A stretch of 63,999 nt of DNA, the filler included, from Catajapyx aquilonaris (lineage: Eukaryota): the NCBI GenBank assembly GCA_000934665.2. It is 4 parts of 4 records of this genome, joined end to end, with 100 filler letters (N's around TTAATTAATTAA, not from the genome) between each part and the next. Parts side by side here need not be neighbours in the genome. Positions count along the whole stretch, not along the records: positions 48,291 to 63,999 come from JYFJ02007416.1; 3 more parts are not named here. One strand, written 5' to 3'. The translations under genes and the position numbers were made by a program. Under the pieces are notes generated by a model. It did no database searches. It worked only from the letters and a program-made list of their open reading frames with translations, and was not told where the DNA came from. This document shows, piece after piece, positions 61,163-63,999 of the stretch (the first letter of the stretch is position 1; every line of letters starts with the position of its first letter).

Positions 61163-63808
61163 CTGCAACACAAGCATTTTCAATCATCACCATACTTTGT
61201 GGTATATCATATACACTCTATACATTTTCCCCAGGTGCATCATTTCCCCGGATCTATTCAATTCCTAGAGTCCTTGAGACGGCAAAGCTAAATCCATCTC
61301 AGATCTGCTTCCAACTCCGGCAGCCCCGTTGCCCTTTTCAGCATCCCTTAGAAGCAAAACCTGATCACCTTTTATTTGCTTGGATACACCGCAAATTCCC
61401 TTAACTCTGACCTAATTAACGAATGTCAGATGGTTTTGAAAGTGCTGGACTGGGGAAGGTTAAATTGGGCCAACTGTGGGTGGCTCTGGTGGGAGGCCGG
61501 GGATGGTGGGGGAGGGGAATCCATGATGCTGCCGTTTCCATGACGATGGACCAAACTTCCACCCAGCCGACCCACCACCCCCTTAAAAAAAAAAAGGGCC
61601 GGAATGAGTCGGCAGGTGGGTTGGAAAGTTTGGTGCAGGATTTAAAATAACACTGCAATTCCAAACGACTGTCGCCCACCTGTTCTAATTCTCACACTCG
61701 ACTGCGCCACACTAACAAGGCAAAACTGTCGCCCGCTAACAAGGACGCAAGGTTGGAACCTGCAAAATTGTGCCCCTTAATTTAGACTAATCAAAGCTGA
61801 CCTTTTCTACGAGTAAACACTGGAGCCGTACTCGGTGGCATAGGTGGGCACATCATTATTGCCGTTGCATGTGGCTGGAGGGACAGGCACCTGCATATTT
61901 TGTCAACATGCGAGGGGGTACTCCCAAAATAAGTATGGAAAACAATTAGGGAAAGAGCAATTGTTATCGCCACAAGGGGCAACGGTGCATATCAAAGGTT
62001 GTTCTGTAGTTTCATGCCCAAGCGGAGATGTTGGATTGGGATGAATAGGTACCCAGTAAAATCAATATTGCTTTCAGGAGCAGGCAGTAAATTCAGTTGT
62101 CCCGACATGCATATAGACCGAGGGGGGTCACAAATGGACCTGATGGGTTTCAGAATGTGCTGCTGGCAGGTGAAGGTGGGTGGTCAAAGGGTTTAGAAGT
62201 CAAAAGGGTGTGACGTAAATAGCACCTGCAGTTATCCCCTATGTCCTCCCTCTCTCACAACCCTTCCTACCCCAAAAGGGAAATTCAATTAATGTCACCC
62301 ACTCGCACAGTTGACTTGATGCGACAGGCGGCTTTTGCATCTCTTTGATGTGCTGTGAGAGGCAGGTATGGGATGAGGGAAATGCATATGCAGCGTACCT
62401 GTAGGTGTACAGTCCCCTCTATCTTTGGGATCATTTTAGAGAGATGGATCCCGCTATTGCGTCAATACATGAAAGGGGTCGGGTGCAAAGAGCCGCAATT
62501 TAATTTGGAGCCTGTCAATGCCAAGGTGTGGGAAAAGGTGAGAGTGCAAGGTGGAGTGAAGCGCGTGGATTTGCACCACTGAATTTGAATGAGCGCATAT
62601 TGCACATCAATAAATGTTCAAAGTGAATGTCGCAATAACAACGAAATAGTGACACCATGGAACATTATAAGATCAGACTATAGGCCAAGTCGTCCCATCC
62701 CACCAGCAGCCCGCTGGAAGTGTCCACTTCAATTGTTGACGCGGACAGACTCGTCTCCAGGAATAGCTCCCTTTAATCTCAGCTTGCTTTGACAGTATCA
62801 GGCTGCATTAAAATCCACGGTGGCTCTCTGGAAAAGGGAACACGATATCCACAAAGACCTTTGGCTTCCTTTGCGTTCAAGTGTTGACCGATGGACACCA
62901 AGGCTTTCAAGTTCCGTTTTCAAAATTGAAGTGCTTCGAGCCAAATCATGTGACATAACCGGCTGGCAGTGCAAAAACCAAATGAAACCGAACTTTCCCG
63001 AAACTGGCAATTTATCACCCCGGTTTAAGCCCAAGCTGTCAAAATCAATTATGCTAAGTTGAATGCTGATGCTCCCTGGCTACAGACAGCAAACTACGAG
63101 TATATTTATTCCTGGGCTATGGACTACTATGAAAACAAGCTCTAAATGCATGCCTCATCATTTAGTAACAAAGTGCTTTCATGAATACTTTGTGGACTCG
63201 TACCTTTCATGTATGTTTCAAACCCAGGCCACGTCACAGCAACCCGCCCACAGCCTAGCCCGGTGCACATAGTGCGCAATACAGAACCGCAAAAAAAATT
63301 ATTAAAAACCAGCTTCCCCAGACCACTAGTCCCAATTCCGTCGACATTTCCTTGGAGGAAGTGGACGGGAAGAAATAACAAACTCCCAGAGAAACAAACC
63401 CGTCTGGCTTCTTTCACTTCCACTCCAGTTTACATCTCCAAAACAAAAAAACACACACACACCACACTTTTTTGGAAGGTCCGCAGCTTCGAAATGCCCC
63501 GGTGGCAAAAGGGCAGGTACGGTAATATTAGGCTACAGAAATTCAAAAACCCCCACACTTGTAACGAGCCGCATCACAAAATGTATGAAAATCCCCACTG
63601 CCCACACCCTGTGTTTCCGGACATTGGGTTACCCATAGTAACCGGATGTAGCATAAATGTTGCACCTAAACACAACATTAACCCCGGGGTACCTCTTCAG
63701 GAATATTCAAACGGCCATCTCATCCCCAAGTGTGTCGCGCAAATTATTTACTAGTACTACTGTACTGCCACGGAATGTGGCTATTACTGGTTCTATTATT
63801 ACGTATTT

Positions 63809-63999
63809 AGGGAGATGAAGTGGCGTCGGGTAACGCGTGCGCCCACGGATATGAAGGTCCCGGGTTCAATCCCCACCCGGGGTTCCCACCTTTATCCGTG
63901 CCGAGTTGGGCCATCTCTGGCTTCATTTCGGGTGGAAATTTCCTAAAGACTAATCCACCCGGGGGAGTTCACAAAATGACCAATTAACGACAGCGCACA
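63809..63999 (+). mobile_element. tRNA-derived SINE (family A), cut by window end
   Basis: Near-identical to the head at 24966: gggagatgaagtggcg...ggttcaatccccacccggggttcccacc. Confidence 0.9.

Noticed and set aside
61163..63800. Upstream Shc exons or another gene
   Set aside because: No frame with the expected N-terminal PTB motifs was found; treated as intron.

Overview
Eukaryotic, almost certainly arthropod (probably insect) genomic DNA. It consists of four ~16 kb contigs joined by artificial 100-nt spacers (N44-TTAATTAATTAA-N44), so adjacency across spacers is not biological. Contig 1 (1-15996) is mostly decayed transposons (hAT, ISL2EU/Harbinger, Tc1/IS630-like, Merlin, Gypsy, MITEs), plus a spliced THAP-domain ORF and an orphan NAC-alpha UBA-like exon. 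Contig 2 (16097-32086) holds two tandem C2H2 zinc-finger genes followed by two multi-exon ankyrin-repeat genes. The first ankyrin gene appears to use a duplicate of the zinc-finger promoter/5'UTR exon, has two abutting perfect palindromes in intron 1 and ends in an FxF-repeat S/T/P-rich tail. Contig 3 (32187-48190) has the 3' eight exons of gamma-tubulin complex component 6 among nested DNA transposons and MITEs. Contig 4 (48291-63999) has an ~8 kb string of different minisatellites, several carrying transcription-factor-like motifs, and the 3' five exons of Shc on the minus strand. A tRNA-derived SINE family with one head and several different tails occurs in contigs 2 and 4. Gene models were spliced by hand (GT-AG, frame-checked). 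Family calls rest on recalled motifs, not database searches.
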